From NCBI GenBank assembly GCA_043802485.1, contig JAZDKZ010000001.1, forward strand, positions 64,622 to 128,621: a DNA stretch of 64,000 bases, in the 5' to 3' direction. Both the position numbers and the translations under genes were made by a program. Source of the DNA: Candidatus Aenigmatarchaeota archaeon. GTDB taxonomy: Archaea > Aenigmatarchaeota > Aenigmatarchaeia > Aenigmatarchaeales > Aenigmatarchaeaceae. Shown one piece after another: positions 36,492 through 45,483 of the stretch; the stretch's first letter is position 1; each line of letters opens with the position of its first letter. A model generated the notes under the pieces. It was given only the letters and a program-made list of their open reading frames with translations. It had not been told where the DNA came from and did no database searches.

Positions 36492-37191
36492 CTACTTTTT
36501 TAATTATTTTAACCTCAACCTGACCGTGCGTCAAGTTGTTCAATCTATCATAAACTTCCTGCTGTATGCCTGCAGGAATCTCTATCAGCGACAGCAGGCT
36601 GCCGTCTGAGGTCCAATCCTCTTTTAATAGGGTCCCAAAACTTCTTATAATATTGCCAGCCTTGCCCGCGAACTGGGGCGTTATCTTTATGGCCAGCTGT
36701 ATCTTCTCTATCCTTATTGGCATTACCTTCTGCAGAGCTCTTACCGCAGAGTCCACCTGCTCTTCTACCCTCTTGTCCAGTTCCACCTTTATTTTTGCCT
36801 CTTCCATTGCCCTGACAATCCTGTCCATTGGGTGTGGCAGATTCGTTTGCGGGTTGATGCCTCTTTTTGAGATGATGCTTGCCAAGGCCTTTGTCTTGTC
36901 CTCCATCATCTGCCTTCTCTGCTCTGTCGTGAGCTGGACCTCCCCATCCTTTATTATGGTCTTTGCGATCACTTTGAAGTCAGTTGTGCCAAAGGCCTTG
37001 TTGATGCTTTCATTTGATGCTCTGAGACCTTTCTTCGAGTCCTCAAAAATATCCTCAGAAGCAATCAAATCATCCAGAGGTATTTCCTTGCCCATCCTAA
37101 CCTCTAACGATTTGTTCGGGTCAACCAAAATCTCAAACCTGTTCCCAAACTTTACCAACTTAGCTATAACAGCTTTTTCTACAGAAATCAT
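36484..37191 (-). CDS. sdo1: SBDS-family ribosome maturation protein (Sdo1)
   Basis: Contains IAKLVKFGNRFEILVDP, EDIFEDSKKG, and FKVIAKTIIKDGEVQLTTEQRRQM. Confidence 0.85.
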   Translation of the reverse strand: MISVEKAVIAKLVKFGNRFEILVDPNKSLEVRMGKEIPLDDLIASEDIFEDSKKGLRASNESINKAFGTTDFKVIAKTIIKDGEVQLTTEQRRQMMEDKTKALASIISKRGINPQTNLPHPMDRIVRAMEEAKIKVELDKRVEEQVDSAVRALQKVMPIRIEKIQLAIKITPQFAGKAGNIIRSFGTLLKEDWTSDGSLLSLIEIPAGIQQEVYDRLNNLTHGQVEVKIIKKVGD

Positions 37192-37218
37192 TTAATCGAC
37201 CTTCTGAATTAACCATAA

Positions 37219-37914
37219 TTACCAGTACTTTTTAATGAATTTTAATCCTTCGCCGCCATGATACTTTGTAAAACCTTTACCATTGACAACAGCCAACTCA
37301 ACCTCAGTCGGCTTTATGTGCTTTTCCCCTGCCCTCAGCGCTTGTATCGCAAGCTTGACAGCGTCTTCCTGCTTCATGTTCTCTTTCCAGCTCTTTCTCA
37401 GTAACTTTAACGCTTCTGGCGCTCCTCTGCCTATCGAATGCGCCTTCCAGCCATAGTATGCTGAAGAAGGATCGACCTCGAAAAGCTGCGCGCCGTTCTC
37501 GTCAACCCCTCCGAACAAGAAAGCAACTCCATAAGGCCTTACTCCACCATATTGCGTGAACAGCTGCATCCTGTCTGAAATATCTTTCACAGCTCCCAGA
37601 ACATTCAGCGGCTCGTCATAAGTCAGCCTGTAGACCTGCGCCTTTATCCTGCTTGCATCAATAAGCACTCTTCCGTCAGCCAGAAATCCTGAAATCGCTC
37701 CACCCAGATGGTCGTCTATTTGGAAGATTTTTTCTCCGCTTCCTTCAGGCACTGCCAGCTCCACAACAGGCTTTGAACCCACTAGAACAATTCCTCCGTC
37801 GAATATCAAGCCTACAGATGTTGTCCCTCTTTTGACAGCTTCCCTTGCGTACTCTACCTGGAACAATCTTCCGTCAGGAGAAAATGTCACTATTGCCCTG
37901 TCGTATCCCATCAT
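37219..37914 (-). CDS. psmA: Proteasome subunit alpha
   Basis: Reads MMGYDRAIVTFSPDGRLFQVEYAREAVKRGTTSVG. Confidence 0.9.
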   Translation of the reverse strand: MMGYDRAIVTFSPDGRLFQVEYAREAVKRGTTSVGLIFDGGIVLVGSKPVVELAVPEGSGEKIFQIDDHLGGAISGFLADGRVLIDASRIKAQVYRLTYDEPLNVLGAVKDISDRMQLFTQYGGVRPYGVAFLFGGVDENGAQLFEVDPSSAYYGWKAHSIGRGAPEALKLLRKSWKENMKQEDAVKLAIQALRAGEKHIKPTEVELAVVNGKGFTKYHGGEGLKFIKKYW

Positions 37915-37989
37915 TTCTGGTATCGCTTGTATAATATCACCTTAGATGTTATTACTTTTCAGTTTCTAACCTTATAAAGGTTTTTCTTA

Positions 37990-38370
37990 TCATGTGAACT
38001 CTGTCAGCTTAGTTTCTCCGAAGAACTTCATCTTTGCCGCGTTCATGGTTCCTGATATGCCGAGCACTTTGAAGACGACTCTTGCGTCTCCTATCCTCTG
38101 TATCAGCGCTAGTGCCGTCCTTATCTCTTCCACGCTGTCGTGCGCGCATCTTATCAAGCCTGTCTGATTCTCCTCGTTGAACGTGTCCCTGGCAATCCAC
38201 ATATCTGTCTCTGATGTCCCGTGCTCCCCGAGGAAGTTCAGCACAGAATGCCATATGGTGTTGGTTATGTCGTCCAGCAGGACCTTTTCCTCTGATATCA
38301 CCTGGTAGGCTATGTACCTTCTCCTGCTTCTCAGGCTTGACGGCAACGGTTTTGGTCTTTTATCTTCCAT
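37990..38370 (-). CDS. rnp2: RNase P protein component 2 (Pop5/Rpp14)
   Basis: Contains LPSSLRSRRRYIAYQV, LIRCAHDSVEEIRTALALI and VLGISGTMNAAK. Confidence 0.75.
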   Translation of the reverse strand: MEDKRPKPLPSSLRSRRRYIAYQVISEEKVLLDDITNTIWHSVLNFLGEHGTSETDMWIARDTFNEENQTGLIRCAHDSVEEIRTALALIQRIGDARVVFKVLGISGTMNAAKMKFFGETKLTEFT

Positions 38371-38374
38371 ATCA

Positions 38375-39094
38375 TCACTCTACTATCTCCACGCCTTCTG
38401 TTATCTTCTTCCCCTCCAGCGTTTTCTTGTTGTTCTCAACCATCTCCTGCGGAACAGTCGTCATACCTAGGAAGGCCTTGCTTATGTCAAGGCCGAGGAC
38501 ATTGGCTACTGACACCAGCTCCCTGGGAGCTCTCATGCCCCAGATGCTCTGCGCTCCTGAGCAAATTAAAACAGGCGTTCGAAAATGTTCGGCAAGGCTC
38601 ATGTTTTTTTCAATGTGATTGAGGACGTATGACCTCTGCTTTCTGAAAGATTCGAGTATTTCTCTAAAGTTGATCTGGATGGCAACGTTGTTTCTCATGG
38701 CTGCCTGCATGCAAACTTCGTCAAGGCCGCTGTCAATCCTTCCCAGTTCCGGGTGCGCCAGTATGTCGACCCTCGGGTCGTCGCATGCTGCGCGGTTTAT
38801 CTCGTAACTGCCTCCTGCAACAATGACTATCAACGCCTTTTCGCGGACTTTGGTTATTTTCTCCTTCAAGTCACTGACGTTATCTGCTTTTATCAGAACT
38901 CCTGGATAGACTTCCAACTCTGTCTCCAGTTCCCTGATTTTGTTTATCAGCTCTTCCAACTTTTCCTTGCTCTCGTAATCGTCGCATATGGCTATTCCTG
39001 TGTAGCCCAACCTCTTCGCAAATCTTGCCATCTCCTCCACGGCGTTCTCTCCGTCAGAGAGCTTGCTTTTGACATGCAGGTCGTAAAACTTCAT
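38375..39094 (-). CDS. rnp3: RNase P protein component 3 (Rpp30, PHP/TIM-barrel)
   Basis: Contains MKFYDLHVKS, GYTGIAICDDYE, and VDILAHPE, in the conserved superoperon position. Confidence 0.75.
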   Translation of the reverse strand: MKFYDLHVKSKLSDGENAVEEMARFAKRLGYTGIAICDDYESKEKLEELINKIRELETELEVYPGVLIKADNVSDLKEKITKVREKALIVIVAGGSYEINRAACDDPRVDILAHPELGRIDSGLDEVCMQAAMRNNVAIQINFREILESFRKQRSYVLNHIEKNMSLAEHFRTPVLICSGAQSIWGMRAPRELVSVANVLGLDISKAFLGMTTVPQEMVENNKKTLEGKKITEGVEIVE

Positions 39095-39168
39095 TCAGTT
39101 CACCATGAAATGCTACTAATAGAATATTGGAATATAGCTTTAAAAAAAAGGATTTTTTTCAAGAAAAA

Positions 39169-39714
39169 TTACTGCTTCTTGCCGGGTTTGTTCCTTCTCT
39201 CAAAGCCTCTCATAAGGCTTCTTGAGCTCTTGCCTGAAGATGTCAGACCCCTGTAGGACCTTCCCTTTGTGCTGCATATCCAGTTGAGCTTCTTGTCTCT
39301 TTTTATGCACGGGTGTTGTGGATCGACCAGAATGATTTCGAACCATTTCTTCTTGCCGTCCTCTGCAACATAATAGGAGTTGAGCACTTCCATGTTGGAG
39401 AACTTTTTGTTCACCCTCATTTCGGCGATGTGCTGCGCGTTCATCTTGGGGTTCATTTTCGTCTGCCCTGCGTGTATGGGCTTCCTTCCACCAGACATCT
39501 TTTCTCTTTTGGAGGAACCCTTGCCAATCTTTACTCTTGCTACAACAAAGCCCTGCTTGGCCTTATAACCCAAAGCATGAGCCCTGTCAAGGCGTGTCGG
39601 CCTTTCCAGCTTTACAATCACAGGCTCTTTTCTCCAAGAAATCAGTCTTTCCTTGATTATCTCTTTCTGTTGCGGACTCTTCCAAAGTTTCTTCATATAT
39701 TTTTGATAACCCAT
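39169..39714 (-). CDS. rpl15e: 50S ribosomal protein L15e
   Basis: Reads MGYQKYMKKLWKSPQ...RPTRLDRAHALGYKAKQGFVVARVKIGKG. Confidence 0.9.
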   Translation of the reverse strand: MGYQKYMKKLWKSPQQKEIIKERLISWRKEPVIVKLERPTRLDRAHALGYKAKQGFVVARVKIGKGSSKREKMSGGRKPIHAGQTKMNPKMNAQHIAEMRVNKKFSNMEVLNSYYVAEDGKKKWFEIILVDPQHPCIKRDKKLNWICSTKGRSYRGLTSSGKSSRSLMRGFERRNKPGKKQ

Positions 39715-39800
39715 CTCACATCACCTTTCGGTTTCAAGCTATTACTACTATAGATTAAATCAAAGGTTTTTATAGCTTATGGTTTCGGGGTTGATGATGA

Positions 39801-40079
39801 ATGCTTGAAAAAACAGCGAAAGATTTTTATATGCCTGATTCCATAAGGACAGTAGGTGAAACTATGGGTATAGGAAAAATACTGATTGGATTGATTTTCG
39901 TTATAATTGGCATATGGGCGGTAATGCCTGAACCTTGGGGCTACGGATTAATAGACCATCTAATAAGGTTGTTAGCAGGTATTGTCCCGCTATTACTGAT
40001 ATTCATCGGTTTGATACTGGTCTGGATAGAGGCAGAGGAACTAAAGATCGCAAAGCCGAAGAAGAAAAGAAGAAGATAG
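39801..40079 (+). CDS. Small hypothetical membrane protein
   Basis: Two TM helices and a basic tail (KPKKKRRR). Confidence 0.35.
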   Translation: MLEKTAKDFYMPDSIRTVGETMGIGKILIGLIFVIIGIWAVMPEPWGYGLIDHLIRLLAGIVPLLLIFIGLILVWIEAEELKIAKPKKKRRR

Positions 40080-40160
40080 GATTTGCCAAAGTTGTTTTCT
40101 TTTTTATTTTTGTATTAACTTTTTCTTAATTATTTAAGCAGAAATAGCAAAGCTATTATT

Positions 40161-40634
40161 ATGAAAAGGGCCCTTGGCACTGGTTTCAGCTTTGGTCTGA
40201 CTTCTGGGATAATAACCACACTTGGCTTAATGGTGGGTCTGCACGGCAGCACAGGCTCTTCACTTGTTGTAATAGGCGGCATACTGACGATAGCAGTTGC
40301 CGATGCTTTCTCCGATGCACTCGGCATCCACATCTGCCAGGAATCTCAGAACCATGACGCGAAGGAGATTTGGGAGTCGACTGTTTCCACGTTTTTGTCA
40401 AAGTTCTTTTTCGCGCTGACATTCTTGGTTCCTGTGATGATGCTGGATATCGGTACGGCCATTTTGGTCAGCGTTGCATGGGGCCTTTTGCTGATTGGTG
40501 TAATCAGCTTCAAGATAGCTAGAGGAAAGAAAGAGGCTGCCTGGAAGGTCGTTGGCGAGCACCTGCTTATAGCCCTGTTGGTTATAGTGATAACCCACTA
40601 TGTCGGGGACTGGGTAGCCTTTACTTTTGTCTAA
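40161..40634 (+). CDS. VIT1/CCC1-like small membrane protein
   Basis: Reads GLTSGIITTLGLMVGL...ILTIAVADAFSDALGIH, plus further C-terminal TM helices. Confidence 0.45.
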   Translation: MKRALGTGFSFGLTSGIITTLGLMVGLHGSTGSSLVVIGGILTIAVADAFSDALGIHICQESQNHDAKEIWESTVSTFLSKFFFALTFLVPVMMLDIGTAILVSVAWGLLLIGVISFKIARGKKEAAWKVVGEHLLIALLVIVITHYVGDWVAFTFV

Positions 40635-41734
40635 GCAGGTTTTTTAAAAGCTTTTATTTTCGGCTTGTATTTCTGTTTCGGTCGTCCGAAGCTTACCCTT
40701 TTTTCATAGAGGGGTACCTCTTTGATATCAACAGGTTTCTGGACTATGATGTCCTCCAACTTCATTGTAGTTATTTTCTCCCCCCTTAGGTCTGTGACAG
40801 CAACGTCGCTCATGCTCTCTTGGGCTAAATAAACAGCAGCCCTGCCGAACTTTTCGCCTGTGTAGGCGTCAAAACAGCCGCATGGACCGCTTCTTGGTAT
40901 GTGTTCTAGCGACATGTGCTTGGTTTCAATACTCAATCTATCTCTTATTTGATTAGCTATTTTCTCACTTATTCCGCCCAGTTTTTTATGACCGAATTCA
41001 TCTGTTTCGCTAGAGGTGTAGGTTTTTTCCTTTTTCTCGATAGGCATTGCCCCTTCTGCTGCTACAACAATTGCAAACGGACTGGTATCTTCCCTTTTTC
41101 TCTTTTCATATATTTTCTTTACATCATTGCATACAACATTTATGTCATAGGGTATTTCTGGGATCAGTATTACGTCTGCCATCCCAGCAAGCCCAGCTTC
41201 AAAGGCAACATGTCCCGTGTTTCTGCCAAAGACCTCTATTACGAAAACTCTTCTATGGCTGCTTGTAGTTGTTCTGAGGTCTACGAGATGATCCCTAACA
41301 CGCTCAACCGCTGTGTCGAATCCTAGGCTGTAGCCTTGAAGGTCATAGTCCATGGTCTTTGGTATGCCGATAACTGGAAATCCTAACTTGTCAAGCTTGC
41401 AAGCAACACCAAGCGTGTCCTCCCCACCAATGGCTATTAAAGAATTATAATTATTTTTTTTCAAATTTTCCAAAACAATACTTGATTTGTCTTTTTCATC
41501 ATCACACTTGAAGGGATTTGTCCTACTAGTCCCAAGTATGGTGCCAGACTTTTCGCCTATACCTTCCACATCTTTAGAGTTTAGACGCATTTCTTTATAT
41601 TTTATCAGGCCTTCCCAACCATTTTTTATTCCGTAGAGTTCATGGTTCAGCTCTTCTGCTGCGAAAGTCGCACCCCTGATGGCGCTGTTTATTCCCGCGC
41701 AGTCCCCTCCGCCTGTAAGAATACCTATTTTCAA
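40631..41734 (-). CDS. pfk: PFK-A family 6-phosphofructokinase, predicted PPi-dependent
   Basis: Contains MKIGILTGGGDCAGINSAIRG, LIAIGGEDTLG and GIPKTMDYDL in a 367-aa product. Confidence 0.85.
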   Translation of the reverse strand: MKIGILTGGGDCAGINSAIRGATFAAEELNHELYGIKNGWEGLIKYKEMRLNSKDVEGIGEKSGTILGTSRTNPFKCDDEKDKSSIVLENLKKNNYNSLIAIGGEDTLGVACKLDKLGFPVIGIPKTMDYDLQGYSLGFDTAVERVRDHLVDLRTTTSSHRRVFVIEVFGRNTGHVAFEAGLAGMADVILIPEIPYDINVVCNDVKKIYEKRKREDTSPFAIVVAAEGAMPIEKKEKTYTSSETDEFGHKKLGGISEKIANQIRDRLSIETKHMSLEHIPRSGPCGCFDAYTGEKFGRAAVYLAQESMSDVAVTDLRGEKITTMKLEDIIVQKPVDIKEVPLYEKRVSFGRPKQKYKPKIKAFKKPA

Positions 41735-41863
41735 GCAATCACTCTTTTTAATATGGCAGGTAAAAATATAAAAACTTGCTAAATGTTGAATAAAACTGGG
41801 TTAATCCAATTCGCGTTTCATTTGATATTAAAAACTTAAATAATTCTGAGGACAACTTCAATT

Positions 41864-43129
41864 ATGCTTTTTTCTGGCGAGTCCGGTTCCCTTTGTGCAA
41901 AGTGTAAGGGCAGGCTCTGGTGCGGCAAGGAACGCTGTCCGATAGTCGTAAAGTTCTATGCCCAGAACAAGGCCAAGCCCTTGATTGATTCTACTCATCT
42001 TGAGGGTTCGTCTCCTCCGTCAGTTTTCGTGGGCAGGTACAACTATCCCAAGGTCTTTGTCGGGCCCATGGTGCCGCCGCAGCACGGTGACACCAACTTC
42101 ATGGACACGCCCGAGATGTGGACAGGCAAGTCTATAGAGGAGATAGTTGATTTCCGCTTCAGGTTGGTTAGGGGCAAATTCCTGACAGGCGTCAAGAACT
42201 TTGAGGGAAAAATCATCGAGAGGACAAGGGAGATTGCCCTTTCAGAGCAATCACCAAGCGCCGAGGTCGAGTTCAAGTCAAAGCCTGTGGGAAGGATTGC
42301 CCTCAGTGACGATGTGCAGCCCTTCGGTCCGTCCGCCCCTGTTATAGACCTTAACATCGAGAACCAGCCTTTCAACAAAAGGATTGAAAGGGCTTTCTAT
42401 GACGCCGACCTGAAGGCTGTCGACGCTGTCAACCGGCTGTACAAGGACGGCGTCCTCATATCAAAGATACAAAAGGCCTTTTCTGTCGGAGCCTTCGGCA
42501 TCGGCAAGAACAGGATGTTCGTCCCGACAAGATGGTCGATAACAGCTGTCGACGACATGATATCCAAGAACATGATAGAGTATACCAAGACCTACCCTCT
42601 GATTAATGAGTACAGAATCTATGAATACAACTATCTGGATAATCGATGGATTATTCTTATGCTTCCAAGGGAGTGGAGCTACGAGCTGATAGAGGCCTGG
42701 TATCCTAAGACACTGTGGAACCCAGACAAGGCGAACATAGAGATATTCGCAGACCACGAGTTCTATGATGGAAGGAAAAAATACCCGGATATAGGCGGCT
42801 GCTACTTTGCAAGTAGGCTTGCCGTTAATGAGCTGCTGAACAACGAAAGGAGGCAGGCTGGGGTTGTCGTGATGAGGGAGGCTCATCCTGGCTACATCAT
42901 GCCTGTTGGCGTCTGGAATGTTAGGGAGTCTGTCAGGAAAGCTTTGGAAACCAGCCCAATTAGATTCTCTTCACTCGACCAGATGCTGGACTATATAGCA
43001 AAGAAGCTTGACATACCCATGAAAAAGTGGATTGAGACCAGCGCTGTTTTAAGAGATACCATGCGTCAGAAGAGGCTGATAGATTTTATCAAGGTGAAAC
43101 CATATGTTAGCAAAGGAAGTACTTTGTAA
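41864..43129 (+). CDS. Nre-family (archaeal DNA repair-associated) protein with a C-terminal PIP-box-like motif
   Basis: N-terminal Cys cluster CAKCKGRLWCGKERCPI. The overall pattern (FVGRYNYPKV...FVPTRWSITAVDD...GGCYFASRLAV...HPGYIMPVGVWNVRE) fits Nre. QKRLIDFI lies near the C-terminus. Confidence 0.7.
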   Translation: MLFSGESGSLCAKCKGRLWCGKERCPIVVKFYAQNKAKPLIDSTHLEGSSPPSVFVGRYNYPKVFVGPMVPPQHGDTNFMDTPEMWTGKSIEEIVDFRFRLVRGKFLTGVKNFEGKIIERTREIALSEQSPSAEVEFKSKPVGRIALSDDVQPFGPSAPVIDLNIENQPFNKRIERAFYDADLKAVDAVNRLYKDGVLISKIQKAFSVGAFGIGKNRMFVPTRWSITAVDDMISKNMIEYTKTYPLINEYRIYEYNYLDNRWIILMLPREWSYELIEAWYPKTLWNPDKANIEIFADHEFYDGRKKYPDIGGCYFASRLAVNELLNNERRQAGVVVMREAHPGYIMPVGVWNVRESVRKALETSPIRFSSLDQMLDYIAKKLDIPMKKWIETSAVLRDTMRQKRLIDFIKVKPYVSKGSTL

Positions 43130-43898
43130 AACCATTTTGAGCAAGTCTCGCTTGGAGACAAAGTATTCTATTAATCCGTACAGGGGGTGCTCGCATGCCT
43201 GTGTCTACTGCTACGCGCCTTATGTTCTTAGAGAAGGCAGAGAATGGGGAGCATTCATGGAAGCTAAAATTAATGCTCCTGAAATCCTGGAAAAGGACCT
43301 GAAGCGAAACAAGCCTGGCACGATCTTCATAAGCTCTGTTACTGATCCTTACAACTCCTGCGAGGAGAAGTATAAACTTACCAGAAAAATTTTGGAGAAG
43401 CTGAAAGGCACCGATTATTTCGCCGTTGTCCAGACCAAGTCCAAGCTGGTCCTCAGGGACATTGACCTGCTGAAGCATATCAAATGCGAGGTCGGGATGA
43501 CCATAACCACCTTTGACGAGGACGCCAGAAAGGTTTTCGAGCCAGGAGCGTCCCAAAGTCTTGAGAGATTGGAAGCCCTCAAAATGTTGAAAGCAGAAGG
43601 GATAAGGACCTACATATTCTTCGGTCCAGTTCTGCCAATGATAAGCGATATAGACTTGGAAGAGACTGTCAAAAAGTTCGCTTCAGCCAACCCGGACTAT
43701 GTGATTGTTGACAGGTTGAACATCAAGCGCCCTGCCCACTGGAAAAAAATAGAAAAAATTCTGGAGAAGAGCTATCCCCAGTTGGTTGACAAATGGCAGG
43801 AGATATTGTTTTCCGATAAGGACTATTACAAGAACATTAAAGAAAGGCTTGCGGAGCTTTTCCAGAGATACGGGCTAAAGTACGAAATGTGCTATTAG
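43104..43898 (+). CDS. Radical SAM protein (SplB/DNA photolyase-like, COG1533-type)
   Basis: Reads INPYRGCSHACVYCYAPY (Cx3Cx2C). It overlaps the 3' end of the Nre gene by 26 nt. Confidence 0.7.
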   Translation: MLAKEVLCKTILSKSRLETKYSINPYRGCSHACVYCYAPYVLREGREWGAFMEAKINAPEILEKDLKRNKPGTIFISSVTDPYNSCEEKYKLTRKILEKLKGTDYFAVVQTKSKLVLRDIDLLKHIKCEVGMTITTFDEDARKVFEPGASQSLERLEALKMLKAEGIRTYIFFGPVLPMISDIDLEETVKKFASANPDYVIVDRLNIKRPAHWKKIEKILEKSYPQLVDKWQEILFSDKDYYKNIKERLAELFQRYGLKYEMCY

Positions 43899-43901
43899 AT
43901 G

Positions 43902-44570
43902 CTATATGTTCAATAACATTGCAAGGGATTCTGAATCATATAACATGAAATTTGTTCTAGGCCATTTTTTGTTTTGCTCTTTCTTGATTCTGTTCTGAAT
44001 GCCCGTGTTAAATGAAATGTAATCGTCTGATATCATAGGACATCCTAGCTCGACCGAGACCGCTGCTATCGAGAAGTCACCTTCCTCTTTAAGGCTTTCT
44101 GAAATAACCGGATACTTTCTTCGATAATAATCAGTTTGTAGAAGGACTGTACAGAAATTCCCTTCCATGCTTTCTATCAGAGAATCTATATTTGTCGCTC
44201 CGCTCAGACGTTCAAAATACTTCAACTCGGCATATATTTTATTGGTTATAATTGGGCACAGCCCCTTGTTGTTAAAATAACCATCTTCCATGGCATTAAC
44301 TATCTTTATTCTTTTTTTGCAATTTCTCTTCTCTTTAACAAGAGTTCTTCCCCCAGTCTTTTCGTAGGAATGGTTATGGTTCTTTAAGAATGCACGATTC
44401 TTGTGCTTTAAGAATTCATATAGAGTTCTTTTTTCTCTTGGAAGAACAGCCGACATTATTATATTGGCGTCTACAGCGATTAAATTTTCTGCAGGAAGCT
44501 CTATTATTTTTTCAACACCGGGTTCATAAAGTCTGATGAATTTTGGGAGCTGCCTTTCTAGCGTCTGCAT
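43902..44570 (-). CDS. Hypothetical protein, possibly a PIN-like nuclease fold with an insertion
   Basis: LIAVDANIIMSAV near the N-terminus and GDFSIAAVSVELGCPMISDD near the C-terminus resemble the first and last acidic PIN motifs. The gene is AT-rich. Confidence 0.3.
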   Translation of the reverse strand: MQTLERQLPKFIRLYEPGVEKIIELPAENLIAVDANIIMSAVLPREKRTLYEFLKHKNRAFLKNHNHSYEKTGGRTLVKEKRNCKKRIKIVNAMEDGYFNNKGLCPIITNKIYAELKYFERLSGATNIDSLIESMEGNFCTVLLQTDYYRRKYPVISESLKEEGDFSIAAVSVELGCPMISDDYISFNTGIQNRIKKEQNKKWPRTNFMLYDSESLAMLLNI

Positions 44571-44603
44571 AATTAAAAGTTGTGAACTAAGTTTTAAAAG
44601 CTT

Positions 44604-45344
44604 TTATTTGGCCTTCTTGAAGACAACCCCTATCTTTTCCAGCCTTTCCTTTACGCCTTTGTATATCTTTAGCTCCTCCTCCTCAAAGTCGAAGAAGCTG
44701 GGATTGATGGTTTCCAAACGACTCCTCAGATTTTCCAGGGTCTCTTCCTTGGAGAACAGTGTCATGACAGCCGGGTTGCACGGGACGCCTGCCTGGTTGA
44801 GGTTCTTTAGCGCCTCTATCTGATACTCGAAGAACTTTGGCTCTGCTCCAGTGAGCTTTGAAAATTCAGTGGGGCTGGCGCCTTTCAAACTAACTCGGAC
44901 GCGGACAAAGTCCTTGAACTCGGCCAGCTCCATGGCATAGCTCAGGTCGCAGCCGATGATTATGCCGTTGGTCTCAATTATGACGTCCAAACCGGAGCCC
45001 TTGAGATAACCGAGCACCTTGAGCAGGTGCTGCCATCCCAGGGTCGGCTCGTTGCCTGACAGCCTGACGTGCTTGAAGCCGTTCTCCCTGGCGATCCTGA
45101 TTAGTTCGTCTGCCACTTCCTTGGGCTTGCAGAACTTGCCTGAATCCTCCGGTTTCTCAAGGGTCTTCCAAGCCCAGCAGAAAGCGCACCTCAGACAGCA
45201 GCCGACGCAGTCCGCTGTGGCAACGCCGCCGTAGAACTTGGCAGGCCTGAACCTGTAGAACTTTTTCTCAGAGTTCTTGCATATAATCTTCTCGGTTTCC
45301 TTGGCCAGTTCCACAGGATTGAACATATTATTAATATAGGGCAT
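44604..45344 (-). CDS. Radical SAM protein (function unknown)
   Basis: GVATADCVGCCLRCAFCWAW contains Cx3Cx2C. LSGNEPTL resembles the GGEP SAM-binding motif. Confidence 0.7.
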   Translation of the reverse strand: MPYINNMFNPVELAKETEKIICKNSEKKFYRFRPAKFYGGVATADCVGCCLRCAFCWAWKTLEKPEDSGKFCKPKEVADELIRIARENGFKHVRLSGNEPTLGWQHLLKVLGYLKGSGLDVIIETNGIIIGCDLSYAMELAEFKDFVRVRVSLKGASPTEFSKLTGAEPKFFEYQIEALKNLNQAGVPCNPAVMTLFSKEETLENLRSRLETINPSFFDFEEEELKIYKGVKERLEKIGVVFKKAK

Positions 45345-45483
45345 TAAAATATAACTGTCGGTCCATTAAATAACTTTTTTGTTATGGGTCACTCATTTTA
45401 TCACTCCAATCAAATGGACACCTAAAACCATTCCTTTAAAAGGTTGAAAACAAAAAACTGAAATAATAATAGGAGGTATTAAG

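Noticed and set aside
34660-37195. Long + strand ORFs (251 aa, 124 aa, 111 aa, 209 aa) across the exosome/SBDS genes
   Set aside because: They lie opposite strongly supported minus-strand genes with clear family motifs. The + strand translations are Cys/Pro/Arg/Ser-rich and match no family.
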